Part shown: positions 12,633-25,800 of the stretch, piece after piece | How the letters are laid out: the number at the start of each line of letters is the position of its first letter | How positions within the stretch are numbered: the stretch's first letter is position 1 | Assembly (NCBI GenBank): GCA_030324005.1 | Contig: JARDVH010000121.1 | Location: 32,481,572 to 32,545,571, forward strand | DNA: 64,000 nt | Reading direction: 5' to 3' | DNA from: Negaprion brevirostris | Lineage: Eukaryota | Notes under the pieces: generated by a model | Databases searched by the model: none | Told to the model about the DNA's origin: nothing | What the model saw: only the letters and a program-made list of their open reading frames with translations | Translations under genes and position numbers: made by a program

Positions 12633-12925
12633 CATAGAATCATAAAATCCTACAGTACATTTGGCCCATCGAGACTGTACCGACCACAATCCCACTCAGT
12701 CCCAATTTCCATAACCCCACACGTTTATCCTGCTAATCTCCCTGACATTAGGATCAACTTAGCATGGCCAACCAACCTAACCCACGCATCTTTGGATTGT
12801 GGGAGGAAATCGGAGGATCTGGAGGAAACCCACGCAGACACAGGGAGAACGTGCAAACTCCACACAGACAGTGACCCGAGGAATTGAACTTGGGTCCCTT
12901 ATACTATGGCTAATCATTGTGCCAC
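12633..12925 (-). mobile_element. HE1/V-SINE-like tRNA-derived SINE, tail type A (CR1/HER1-like)
   Basis: Antisense core GGAGGAAACCCACGCAGACACAGGGAGAACGTGCAAACTCCACACAGACAGTGACCC; tail begins CATAGAATC. Confidence 0.85.
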
Positions 12926-13502
12926 TCTTTTGTGTAGTTTCATGAATCCAGCGTGACTGGCATCAGTAATTTGAAAATAGTGAATCTGAAGTTGTGGATC
13001 AATTGCTGTTATACAAAAATATATTTCATNNNNNNNNNNCTTAAGTAAGAGGTGCAGCACTACGTGGAGTCTAAATTATCTGGAGTGTCTTACTTTCAAG
13101 AAAAGAACAAGTCTTTATTTACATTAAATATCTGATCATTCAGTCTGAACTTCATATATTGTAAGTGTTTACACTTCAACAGAATTTCATGGGCTGTGAA
13201 GTATTTTGATTTGACCCAGAGAGATGAAAGGTGCTACAGAAGTACATCTTTTGTGCCCACATCATTTTGTGGAAAGTATTTCCAACACTTTGAGTGTCAC
13301 CAAGTTATTAGAANNNNNNNNNNNNNNNNNNNNNNNNNNNNNNNNNNNNNNNNNNNNNNNNNNNNNNNNNNNNNNNNNNNNNNNNNNNNNNNNNNNNNNN
13401 NNNNNNNNNNNNNTTTGTGGAAAGTCTTTCCAACACTTTGAGCGTCACCACGTGATGAGCACCCTGCTGGTAGGAACATCCCAGCCTGCAGGCTGAAAAC
13501 TA

Positions 13503-13636
13503 TGCCTGGAATTCTCTAGCCATTCATGTCCTGCCATTGCAGTCAGCGAGGACCAAGAATTTGGCGCAAAGCCAAATCTCCATTCACTGTAGCAGGACTG
13601 CATAATCCCACTGGCATGAACGGCTGGAGAATCCTG
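13503..13636. mobile_element. About 130-bp MITE-like hairpin element
   Basis: GGAATTCTCTAGCCATTCATG...CATGAACGGCTGGAGAATCC inverted ends. Interior GCCAAATCTCCATTCACTG is shared with 26430-26560. Confidence 0.65.
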
Positions 13637-13892
13637 TCCGACGTTTCGTAATGAAGCTGGTAGACTGGGTATATTTGCCGCAACTAACCGAGTTGATTTA
13701 TCAGTTACAATATTGATGCATGAAGGGTTATTTATTGACATTGCACAGACCAGTGAATGTGGGTCTTTAATGCTGAACGTGCAAGTAATGGACAATAAAC
13801 TGAAAGAGCTGCTGGAACACTCCAGTGTATTTTTTATTTGAATTATCAGCAATGTCTTTCTTTACTGAGTATATTTTGTTTTATTGCTCCAG

Positions 13893-14033
13893 CTCAGAGA
13901 TCTGCACATGAATTGCCAATGGTGGAAAAGCAGAGTACAGACAGTTGCGTCGTTACGGGTGGACAACAAATGATCCTCACTGGTCAAAATTTTACCACCG
14001 AGTCAAAGGTTCTTTTCACAGAGAAGACTCATG
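13893..14033 (+). CDS. NFATC2: NFATC2-like coding exon (RHD linker and start of IPT domain; exon 6 equivalent), 141 nt
   Basis: (S)[46 protein letters not shown]. Acceptor ttattgctccAG, donor GTGAGT; phase 1 joins the previous exon. HELPMVE and [12 protein letters not shown] are NFATC2-type. Confidence 0.96.
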
Positions 14034-16993
14034 GTGAGTCATATTGTCATTCAAGTGAAGCTGGATGTGAATTGTATTGTTGACGAAACCTGAAAGCAAA
14101 TGCTCTGCTCAGTTTTTCTTCCTTTTGTGTCCCTTGAATTGTTCATTGATAGGTAGTATTCCAAGGAGGCAGGTGCAACCATTGTTCCATGTTGGGACCA
14201 ATAATGGCACAACCATTCTTTTCAGTGTGGTGTAGGCTGTATGAAATAGAGAGTTTTCCCTCTCCTTGAATTCAACCATTTATCTTCGGATCACACCTGC
14301 ACTGTGTCCAGTGTTGGTGCATTGTATGGCTCTTCCCTGTTGTCCCTCTGAATACAGTGCTGCTAATCCTAGACAATAAATGTATATATGTTATGAATTA
14401 CTTTGAAGCTGCTGTCAATTATTTCATTTAAAAATATTTTTACGCACGTATCGAGATTATTGATCGAGGAATGGAAGAATTACCAGTCAGGTAACTTGTT
14501 AGCATAAGGCACTTTTAGATTGGGGTGAGGAAAATATTATTTGAAGCAAAGGAAAGCTTTCTTTGTAATGTACCAGAAGCATGCGTTATCTTCAAGTCTC
14601 TCGTTGGACGGGATTTAATATTTGGGAAAGGGGTCTTGCTTGTCGGTGAGGAACTGGTGAGAGTCCCATCTTCCCTTCAATATGTGTCCTTTTGGTGATA
14701 AATTGCCAGCTTTGTGCCTTTCCCAGGATTAAGGGCCTTAGAGCAGAAATCCAGCCCCCACAAGGGGTGGTGCAGAAGCTAGGAGCTCTGTCTGTGCCAC
14801 TAGGAGTGGTGACAGCTGTGGGTAATAGATCCACCAGAAGCCTAAGATTAGCAAGAGAGCCCAGGCCAAATGTGACTGATGGCAGGATGTGGGTTATGGG
14901 CGAGGATCATGGGAGGAGGGTTGGAGGCAAAGGCAGTGGGTGGCTCCACTCTTCCCAATACTGGGAGCCTCAGCCAGGCACTGAATGCCTTTGAGCAAGG
15001 GACCCTTGCTATTTGGGATTGCCACCTTGTAACTTCCCCCAGCCACTTCAGGTTTAATACCAGAGGCAGTGAGGATGAGGCACTTAAGTGGGCATTAATT
15101 GCCCACCTGACAGCCTCAATAGATATCTGCCTGAGAAGGCTGTTCAGAAGCCTTCCTATCCAGACTTAAAGGGTCATAGACAGAAAGTGGCGGGTCCCAA
15201 CACCACACCCTCTTGCCAAATTAAAAATGCTGCCTCTCCCCCCTACACTTGATTCCACTATGGGAAGGGAGGGGATGGTGAAGTGTACGGGGGGATTGAA
15301 TATATGCCCCACTGGTGGTGCATTTTAATTGCTGCTGAACCTGTACTCCTCAAGCTCATAGCAGTGAGGCATAAAACAGGAGCTGAAACAAATGCCATTG
15401 TACAGAGAAGAAAGGAAGGAGGGCTTACAATTACTGTAGAAAGGTTCCACTCACCAGTTGCTACTCCGGAGGTCTATATTAGGTGATATTAAGTTGCCAA
15501 AGATGTGGAATATTAAAAACATCACTGCAAGGTAGTTTTTTGGCTCTCCGCGAAATGAGATAGTGTCTGTTTAATGGTATAACTTATTTACACACTTTGT
15601 ACAGCAATGTAATATAATTGACCATCTAGGAAAGATATGGGACTGGACTTTTCCAGGGGTGATTGGGACAGAGCCTGATGTGGCCAGGAATTCAAAATCA
15701 CGGTCTGGAGATTGTTGCAGGATTTCAATGCCTCCAGGACAGTTTGGAATTTTAAAAGGGCTGGCAGGAAGAGGGACTGGAAAATGCAGTCTCCACCAAT
15801 TAATGGCACCTTCAGTTGCTTAAAAAGTTTGCCAATTGAGATTGTAATTTTTATGTTTTTCCGGCAACCTGGGCAAGTTCATTGCTAATCCCAGGTAAAT
15901 TGTTTTGCGTTTTTTTTTTAAGATCTGCCCTATGGGCCAACTAATGCCAGCACGAGTGCTGCTTCTACCATTTGAGTCCGTTGCTGCTTTCTGCCACATT
16001 CCGCCTCAAGGAGTTGCCTGTTTTAAATGGCAAGTAGCAGCCCCTAACATGGTTACTGCCTGCCCTTGCTACTAGGGCCAGACAGGCAGCTCCTACTCAT
16101 AGAGCTGTAAAGCTCCTCTAATGGGGCTTCGAGCTTGCCTCCTGGCTAATTAGGTCATTTGCATTTACAAAAACTGTCATGAGAGTGACCCAACCTTGGC
16201 ATAGAGTCAGGGCCTGAAATTCATCCAGCCATTAGATTCCCAACACCACACTGAAAACCTGGCCCATGGTTGCACATTCGAAAAATCAGAAACCATCTGT
16301 GGCTTTACATTGTCCAAGAGTAGCTTAGTTTGAAATGAAAGTGGAATGTTTAATTCATTCTCATGAGGTTAGAGGTTATTCCGAACATATTTAGTAGGCT
16401 GGGAGCCTTCCAAAAGTGTCTACTGAGGTACAACGCCCAGAGCACACAAGACATTTTAGCCTGACCAACAAAAGAGTCCTCCATTGGCTTACCCAGACAC
16501 AGTGATGTTTGGTTACATTGGAAACCACAACAGTGAAGCTTCCCAGATTCAAGTAAGTGTTATTTTCTGGTAGGTTTACCCTCCCAGCGCACATAGAATC
16601 CCCACAGTGCAGTAGGAGGCCGTTTGGCCCATCAAGTGCACGCCAATAACAATAGCGCANNNNNNNNNNNNNNNNNNNNNNNNNNNNNNNNNNNNNNNNN
16701 NNNNNNNNNNNNNNNNNNNNNNNNNNNNNNNNNNNNNNNNNNNNNNNNNNNNNNNNNNNCATGCTTCCAGAGTGGCTCAAAATCCGGACTAAAATCTTGG
16801 CTGTGCAGCTGGTCAGCCTGGTTTCAGTCAGAGCCTGACACTCTGAGAAAACAGGGGAAAATTCCAACCCATATTTCTCTTCAAATGAATTAAGGCCGTG
16901 AAGTGAATGGCGCACACACACACTAATATAAATAGTGCCCAGAAGGAAGGAAGCATGGGTGTATGAGTTCCACTCTTCATGTTAAAAAGTTAT

Positions 16994-17284
16994 AAAGTTT
17001 ATTTATCAGTGTCATAAGTAGGCTTACATTAACACTGCAGTGAAGTTATTGTGAAAATCCCCCCGTTGCCACACTCCGGCATCTGTTCAGGTACATTGAG
17101 GGAGAATTTAGCAAGACCAATGCACCTAACCAGCACATCTTTCAAAAGGTGGGAGGAAACCAGAGCACCTGGAGGAAACCCACGTAGACAAGTAAAAAAT
17201 CCACACAGACAGTGACCCGAAGCCAGAATTGAACCCAGGTCCCTATGAGGCAGCAGTGCTAATCACTGTGCCACCATGCCACCC
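16994..17284 (-). mobile_element. HE1/V-SINE-like SINE, tail type B
   Basis: Same head and core; tail AAGTTTATTTA..GTAGGCTTACATTAACACTGCAGTGAAGTTATTGTGAAAATCCCC. Confidence 0.85.
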
Positions 17285-19134
17285 ACATGAGAGAATGGGT
17301 GAAGTTATCAAATTTGGGGGACACAAGAACAAAATGTAGAGGCCTGAAATGGTTTCTCAACTTTACAATGGACCTCATCTAATGAGCAACAATTGTAGGT
17401 CTAAAATTTCATTCTTATTCATTATCTTCCCAATCTCCTGAGACTTTATCTGCTTCTGTCCATTTTGCCACATTTTCAGCCTAGCTTGCTGGGTTTAGTC
17501 ACTTCCTATTATTAATGGCTAACGTTGGTCAACCTCAAAATGGAACTTCACCATCCGTCTTATCACCATCTTTGCCAGAAAGGGAAACTAGTTTGCCGGT
17601 TTCATCCTGGATAGGCAGTTTGATCACTTTTCTTTCAGTTTGGATATAATTAGTGATATTTAGGGCAGATAGTTCAATCAGCGAGGCATATTTCAGTTTG
17701 CATAGCAGCAGCAACCCTAATTCTGAATTAATAGCAGTTGCTGAAATGTTGGGACAGTTTGTACCTGGAATATAGAAAGTTGCCTGCTGGGCTGGGCTGG
17801 TTCCAACTCATTACCAATGTGGTTGTATCTCAAAACAGAGCAGCATTGTTTTTGCAAATAAACAAGTCTTACATTCTGAAGTTTTTTAATGGTATTTATT
17901 TTTGACCTTTATTACAGCCCATAATTTTATTATGCAAACTGTTGGCCTTACCTGAAATTTGTAGTTCGCAGGGCATTTGGCTTCTCTGCAGCCTGAACAA
18001 CTTTTGGCAAATAACATTACACAGCTTTGGGTGGATTCTTCCTTTAATTTATTTAATTCTGTTGGAATTCATTTCATTTCAACTGATTATCTGTTTAATT
18101 TACCATTTTGCAGTAGTATGTTCTTGATTTCCTGAGTAGGTTTCATACTGCGACTCCAGCATAGCTTTTTACAACCAATCTTACCTTGAAGTTGGTGTTT
18201 TTTGGTGTTTGTGCGAGAGGTATTGTTGACTGCATTGCCAGTGTAAGTCATTGAGCTGAGGACACTGTTTAACCTAACTATGCTGCAGTATTAACCTGCG
18301 AACACACAGAGTTAAGTGAATGACCAAAGACAAATAATTCAATGAAAGACAAAGTTTGACAGAATTTTGGATGATTTCCCTACTAACAGAAACAATCTGG
18401 AACTTTATAGCCTTTTAGCTCTTTAATTAATATGGGCAACTACTTTTGGCAGGCTTTCACTGGCTGTTGTCTTTGTATGGTGCTGTGATATCAACGGGGC
18501 ACAGTTTATAGTTTACCTTTGAAGACTGTTCTGCTTTCTTGCATTTTTATGGAGTTTTTTTTAATAAATAAAACAAAGTGATGTTGAGGTTTGCTCTTCT
18601 TTATAAATGGAAAGGAGCAAACCAGCCACCAACTGACACAAATTTTGGAATTTCCTATTCAGCAGTGAGTAATGGATTCTCAATGTAATGAGTTTTATGA
18701 TACATGGATTCTGAATAATAATCTTGATGTAGCTCCTTTAATGTAACTTGAAGAAACACAAAAGATCGATTACTTTCAGAACCAGGCTCTGTTATATAAC
18801 TAAAGCCAACATTTATTTTAGAATCATACGGTGGAATTCTACTGCCCCGCCTGCCATGGAATTGGAATGGGCAAGGGGCAGACAATGGAAATATCTGTTT
18901 ATCTCGGGCGGACATTTCTCGAGCGAGGCTGTAAAATACCACCCATAGAATACCATCGGTGCAGAAGGAGGCCACTTGGCCCATCAAGCCTATACAGATA
19001 ACAATCCCATCCAGGCCCAATCCCTTAAATCCCAAGCATTCACATCAGCAATCCAATGCAAATTGCATTCAAATTCTGCTGATTTTCCAAAAGGTTTGTT
19101 TTTGCTCAAATCTCTGAAAGAAAGGAGGCTCACT

Positions 19135-19412
19135 ATGTGTCTCAAAGCACTTTACGGTCAATGAAGTACTTTTAAAGTTTAGCACTTGATGTAACATGGC
19201 AGCCAATTTGTGCACAGCAAGTTCCCATAAACAGCAGTGCAATAATTTGTTTCTTTGCGATGTTAAGGGATAAACATACAGTCAAGATAAGTCCCTTGCT
19301 GTTCTTCAAAATAGTGCTATTGGAGATCAATGGGGCCTCAGTTTAGTATCTCATTTGAAAGGCAGCACCTTGGACAGTACAGCATTCCCACACTGCTGCA
19401 TTGAAGCGTCAG
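19135..19412 (-). mobile_element. DeuSINE (SacSINE1/AmnSINE1-like) relic
   Basis: GCTGTTCTTCAAAATAGTGC...GGGGCCTCAGTTTAGTATCTCATTTGAAAGGCAGCACC matches the antisense Deu-domain as I recall it. Confidence 0.6.
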
Positions 19413-19462
19413 ACAAAAGTCAAGGCTAGCTCAGGTTTTTGCTCAAATATTTTTTACACGTT

Positions 19463-19640
19463 CATAGAATCATTGAAATCCACAGAGCAGAAGGAGGCCG
19501 TCCTGCCCATCAAGTTTGCACAGACCGCAATCCCACCCATGCCCTATTCCTGTAACGTAAGCATTTAACCCTTGCTGATCCCCCTGACACTAAGGGCAAA
19601 TTAGCATGACCTAGCCACCTAACTTGAATATCCTTGGACT
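19463..19640 (-). mobile_element. 5'-truncated HE1-like SINE, tail type A
   Basis: CATAGAATC...GCAGAAGGAGGCC...CCCCTGACACTAAGGGCAAATTAGCATG; head missing. Confidence 0.75.
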
Positions 19641-20027
19641 TGCCAAATGTAATATTGTCCTTGAGCCAGCACAACTGGTCACCTAAAAACACTGTCCTTT
19701 TAAAAAAAAATCCTTGATGTATGAGGATAACCTGGTGCAATTTATTTAATGCAATTGAAAATGGGTTTATCATTAAAAAAAAAGCATTCTTAATTTATGT
19801 CCAATTCTCTTTCTGTAAATAACCTGATTCTGAATAATTGAAATGACTTAAAAAAAATACAAAACCATATCTTATGTTTCACAGTGAACAGTAGAGCAAA
19901 TTAAATATTAATTTTAGTTTCTAAAAGCTTTTCCTTGATGCCCCTTCATTTCCTACTAGATCCATCTCAAAGGGCCACAAGTGGATGTCATCAGTGGAAA
20001 ATCAATATGACTATTTCAGTTCAGTGA

Positions 20028-20289
20028 TCATAGAATCATCCAGTGCAGAAGGAGGCATTTCAGCCCATTGAGACGGCAGTGACAAGAATCCCACCTAAGC
20101 CCTATCCCCATAACTCCATGCCCTAGCTAATCCCCTTGACACTAAAGGGCAATTTAGCACGGTCAATCCACTTAACCCACACATCTTTGGAGTGTGGGAT
20201 GAAACTGGAGCACCCAGAGGAAACCCACACAGACATGGGGAGAATGTGCAAACTCCACACAGAGTGCTAACCGCTGTGCCATCGTGCCA
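20028..20289 (-). mobile_element. HE1/V-SINE-like SINE, tail type A
   Basis: Tail CATAGAATCATCCAGTGCAGAAGGAGGC, core, and head end GCTAACCGCTGTGCCATCGTGCC; internal deletion. Confidence 0.85.
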
Positions 20290-20878
20290 CATTGTTATAG
20301 TCAGTTTGATCAGCATGATTTTTTTGCACTACCGCAGGAGATAATGGAAACCTAATTTTCACTGGACGTAATTTGCACTCTCGGTTTCTTGTTTGTTTGC
20401 GCAGGGTTGGCTGATTTCGGGTGATTTGTATTGAAAAAGTCATTGTGGAATCGTTAGGTGATCTAATTGTAAAAGCAAGGTGAAAAGGCTATATTCAGAG
20501 TAATGCCTGATGGTCAACTGTGTAAGGCTGTGCCTGGGGAGCTCATAAATCGTGAATTCCTCAGCATTTCCTGATTGGTTGATTAAGTCGCAACAACAGT
20601 GAGGTGCCACAATTGGTATCCTGGCCTCCCTGGGTAAGGGGAAGGAATACAAAGACTTGCAAATTGCTGGAATAAGGCAAGTGTTGTGGATTGAATTTCT
20701 TTCCCTCTTACTTTTTTGTGCCTCAACTCACTGGATATGGGAGCTGATAATGATGTAATGAGGTCAGCAAGGCATTTGGGGCCTCATAATCACTGGACTA
20801 TCTCCTTAACTAGTATTAAAGATATTCGAGGGGAAGAAATACAGTGAATTTGAGTCAAGTTAGATACAGCAAGAGACT

Positions 20879-21170
20879 GGGTGGCATACTGGTTAGCACT
20901 GCTGCCTCACAGTGCCAGGGATCCCGTGTTTGATTCTCGGATTGGTTCACTGTCTGTGTGGTGTCTGTACCTTCTCCCATGTTGGCGCGGGTTTCCTTCG
21001 AGTGCTCTGGATTCCTCCCACAGTCTGAAAGACATGCTGGTTAGGTGCATTGGCCATGCTAAATTCTCCATCAGTGTACCCGAACAGACGCCAGAGTGTG
21101 GTGACTAGGGGATTTTCACAATAACTTCATTACAGTGTTAATGTAAACTTACTTGTGACATAAACAAGAA
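20879..21170 (+). mobile_element. HE1/V-SINE-like SINE, tail type B
   Basis: Head GTGGCATACTGGTTAGCACTGCTGCCTCACAG with A/B boxes, core, and tail GACTAGGGGATTTTCACA..CTTGTGACA. Confidence 0.85.
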
Positions 21171-24098
21171 GTGCATTAAGATAGAGAAAAAACAAGACAG
21201 AAAGGAAAAGTTAAAGGAAATTAATATTTAAAATTTTAAATCTCTAGCGACAATTGACCACCTGTGGGAGTGAGACCCTGCAGTTTCATCATCCCCTTTC
21301 TGAGTTTCCATGGTTGAGTTGTGTGTTAATCCTCTTATTAACAGGGTCCATAAGGCATGAATTACCAGCTCTAAATGGCTGCAGTGAGATTCATTTGTAT
21401 TAATGATGTCGGTGCAATTTCATGATGTGAGATAGGAAGGCTCACAGTGCGATGGTAACTGCTGGGACCTTTGCTGAGGTCAATAGGATAACAGCATTAA
21501 TTGTTCAGCAATTTGTGGTAAATCAGAACTCAGGGCATACCTTTTCTTCATCTCAAACTGCTGTTTATTTTTATGCACGATTAATGACGGGGAACTCAAT
21601 TATTTTCCAGTCATTTCTGGGCCATCAGCTTTGGGCTCTGTTCCTTTTGATCTGGTGATTTCTACTGGTGCATGTGTGTACTTAGTGCAATGCGTGTGTG
21701 TGTGCGTGTGTGTGGTTCTCCTCCGCTCTGAAAGCTTTGGCCCTCATATATTTTTTATATCTGTTTCCTTGCTATTGAGTGTGTCTCCATTTTGAGGCGC
21801 CCTCAACCTGCATTAGTTGTGCCTTCTTCATTGAATGAAGCTGACGAGGCTCAATAGCTGCAGCCCTCTGGGCTGGCAATATTGCATCCACTGTCCCTGC
21901 AAGCCTTTAATAAGATGGCAGTTGCAGAGGTGGACAATTAGTAGGCTGCTTCCTGGAAAATTGCTATCAGCTGTGATGTAGGCGGGTGCCAACTAGAGAC
22001 CCCGGTTTGGCTCTGACGTCAGGCGTCTGAAGCCCATGGGAAAATCCAGTCATTAAATTGAGAAAAGTTCTGTGCCCCTTTTGAAGTTTTCAATTTCCAG
22101 TGCAGCAAAGTGTACCTGGAGCAAACTTTTTTTAATTTCAGCTCTGCAGTGTGTGGATTGCAAACTTAAAAATAAACCTGACCCAAAGCCATGTATGGTC
22201 CACAGCACTTTTATCTGCAAATGATAAGTAACTTTTGCTTTTTGTAATGAATAGGGAGAAAAGCTTCAGTCAGATGAGATTCACATTGATCCTATCAGAG
22301 ATAGAACTTGCCAGCTTCAAATTGACCACCCTGATTGTTTTCCTTGCAGTAAAAAATATTTTTTTAAAAGGTGTGACTTAATTTTAGAATTTGAACTCCT
22401 GCTATTTGGGGATTTTGTTGGTGGGAAAGGGTTGACCCAGTTGACGGCATTTCTTTTGGAAGTGCGATTATTTTCTCCAGAGTATAGAAATTTGTGTCCA
22501 AGTTGCTTGCTGCATGTTAACTCTTGTTATAATCCAGTCTACCCACCTCACACATGTATGATATTAAGTTATTGTTCACCCCGCTGCATTTTCAAACATT
22601 TGGATGAACCCCCAAGGAGATATTACTGGACCTGTGGGAGGGAATTTAAAAAGATAATGGGATTCTAGGTTTTATCACAAGATGCATGGAATATAAAAGC
22701 CAAGAGATAAGAATGATCTTTATAAAGCCTTAATCAGACTTCCAAGAGTATTGTGTGCAGTGTGGCTCCACATATAAGAAGGCCAGCAAAGTCTTTGAGA
22801 GAATGAAACAAAGATTCCCTAGGATTCTGCTTGCTATGAGAAATGTAAATAAGGACTAGAAAAATTGGATTATTAGAATTCAGCGTAAAATTATTTGTTA
22901 AAACAACACAGACAATGATGCTGGAGTGCAGCTGACTGCCCTGAAGTACTCCTGCAATGACGAAATTTCTCCTTATCTCAATCCTAAATGGCTGACACTT
23001 AATCCTGGCACCAAGACTTCTAGCACTTGAATCTGCTTTGTATCAATGTCCACATCCACTGCACCTTTACTGTCTCCATCACCTCTGGACTGGACTTGCT
23101 TTAGTGTCCTCAGATCTTGCTTTTGTCAACAGATCTCCTGGAGGTTTGTGTTCACATCACTAAAAATACTGGAAATAGGAGAGAAGGATACAGCTTGGAA
23201 TGGTTACCTTAGAGCCAGCTATAGCACTCTTTAAAAAGGGCTGCAAATCTTGAACATGTCAGCACCCGTACCCTCCCTACCAGTAACCTTACTGACCACC
23301 AGCACCAAGGGAATGTCAGAGACTCGCCATTGAATGGAAAAGGGATAGAATAAAAGACAAACCGGGTGAAGGAGGTGAGAAACAAAAGTGCAACAGAGGA
23401 AATCAGAAGTGCGGAAAAGTGAGATATAAAGGCAGAATGAAGACAGTGCTCATGGTGTGGTTCAGTCCACCAAGCAGTACAAAGTACAATGGGAGTTGAA
23501 AGTGGATTTGAATTATAATTCTGACTGATAAAAATGCAGGTTAGCTTTACATATCTCAGTCCCTAGATGTGACAATAGATCTAGTTGATTGCTTCAAACT
23601 AGTTGGCATGGAGGGGGTGAGGGCATGGTGCATCATTGGCATTGCAATAAACTGGACCACACCAGAGCAGTATGCTGGAGATTAAATAGTCATTCTGTTG
23701 GCATCATCAGTTGTACTCAGGACCAAGGGAACTTAAAAACTGAGGAAGCAGAAAAGCCAGTCACATTGATACACCAATTGCTGGAGCAGACAAAGAGCTG
23801 ACAAGTTGTACACGACCTGCATAGGGGCAGAACGTCCAACAGATGGTGAATGTATTCAAAGATTTTGGGTGAGATTCTCCGGCCTCCCAGCTGCATGTTT
23901 CCCGCTGGCGGGAGGTGGCGCGTTGTTTGCTCGTGACAGNNNNNNNNNNNNNNNNNNNNNNNNNNNNNNNNNNNNNNNNNNNNNNNNNNNNNNNNNNNNN
24001 NNNNNNNNNNNNNNNNNNNNNNNNNNTGGGACCAGGGAACCCCACTGGCATGAACGGTCAGAGAATTCCAGCTTTTGTGTGGGAAAATGGAAAATACT

Positions 24099-24450
24099 GG
24101 GTGGCACAGTGGTTAGCACTGCTGCCAGTCCAATGCTGGCATCTCCACATCATGCCTCACAGGTCTGGGGACCTGGGTTCGATTCCCAGTTTGGGTCACT
24201 GTCCGTGTGAAGTTTGACATTGTCCCCATGTCTGTGTGGATTTCCTCTGGGTGCTCTGGTTTCCTCCCACAGTCCAAAGATGTACAGGTTAGGTTGATCA
24301 GCCATGCTAAATTGATCCTTGAGTGTCATGGAATGTGTATACTAGAGGGATTAGCAGGGCAAATATGTGGGGTTTCAGGGATAGGGCCTGGGTGGGATTG
24401 TTGTTGGTGCAGAATCGATGGGCCCCATGGCCTCTTTCTGCACTGTAGGG
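24099..24450 (+). mobile_element. HE1/V-SINE-like SINE, tail type A, with a 26-bp Penelope-like fragment in its head
   Basis: Head GGTGGCACAGTGGTTAGCACTGCTGCC[insert]TCACAG; tail GATGGGCCCCATGGCCTCTTTCTGCACTGTAGGG. Confidence 0.85.
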
Positions 24451-25720
24451 TGGGCAGGATAGAGTGGGTCAAGATACTTAAATATTACAAAATATCAGTG
24501 CCAGTCAATCCTTAATGTTGTGGGAGAGGGATGTTTGTTGCCCAGAAGGAATGTGGCAGGAGAAAGTGTTAATTTGCAACATTCACAGAGAAACAAGAGA
24601 AATACCTTTAATAAAAGTAAACTTTAAGAGTAGTTTGAAGATAGGAAAAGTAGTGACAGACATGGTCGAAACTCTACCTGCTTCAGGCATTTGGTTCATT
24701 CCAGGGAATCACAGTTGGTTGTGATGCCAACTGTAGTCGATCAGTTGGTACAAAATCCAACCACAGAGCAATTGTTGTGAGCTGAGGGTGAGGACAATGA
24801 GATTGGATTATCTGCTGCCGCTTTTAGCAGCCTAATTGAAGATGAGACACGAGACAGACCCAGAGTGTAAGACTGGTTCAATTCAAAGAGATTAATTGAA
24901 TTACAGCAGGGTGACTCACAGTTAAAACCACTTTAGCCAGCACTCAAAGCTCAAGGCATTCCCGAGTGTGACAAAGCGCATGAGAACAAGCATGAGGTTT
25001 TGTTAGTCACAAAGCAGGGGGAAGACAAGGCAGCAAGTTAGTACAGTGACTTAAATATGATTGTTATACATGATCAGTGAGATTGAAGCAGTGAATTTAG
25101 TTGTGGAAGAATAGATTGCTACAACTTGGACAGGCGGATTCTGAGTCACTTGGTGAAAGGCTGATTCTCACTGTAAGGGACAGTCTACTATTTAATACCC
25201 ACTGGGCAGGGGAATTACAAGTTTTCCGGATATTAATGGCATTATTATTTTTGGGGAGACAATGCAGTGGGTCATTTTACAAGTATGTGCAAGAGCCAAT
25301 TGCTGCATTATTGTGAGTGGGCTTCTTGTGATAATTGAAATTAATAGACAAATATCAGTTGGCACACCCACAATTTTCTGATTGCGAGACGGGTTCCTCA
25401 CTAATAGCACATAGGTGGAAAATTAACCTTTAGTGTTTCCCAAAGTAAGGAGTGAACAGGCAGTCACGAGGGTGGGAAGTCAGTGTTAGAATAGTCAGAC
25501 TTGAGCATTGGGTGGGTCAGGCGTAACGGTTTATATTACCTCTTCTTGCATTGGGTTTTAGGTTCTTTTAAACTGCCGTTGTGCAAAAAGGCGAAGGTAC
25601 ACCTTTAAATATCGATAAAAAGAAAGGCCTTTCAGTATTGAAAAGTTAATTATTGTATGTGCATGTTGATGCAGTGAATTGTATTCTGGTTTGTGAATGC
25701 ACTTTGTATAAACAGGCAGC

Positions 25721-25800
25721 ACATAAGAACATAAGAACATAAGAAATAGGAGCAGGAGTAGGCCATCTAGCCCTTCGAGCCTGCGCCGCCATTCAATAAG
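25721..25800 (-). mobile_element. CR1-like LINE 3' end running into a gap
   Basis: (ACATAAGA)3 octamer tail followed by AATAGGAGCAGGAGTAGGCCAT, a typical antisense CR1 3' terminus. Confidence 0.8.

Noticed and set aside
13266-13450. Direct repeat TTTGTGGAAAGT.TTTCCAACACTTTGAG with NFAT-like sites
   Set aside because: Flanks a 100-N gap; may be an allelic overlap artefact.
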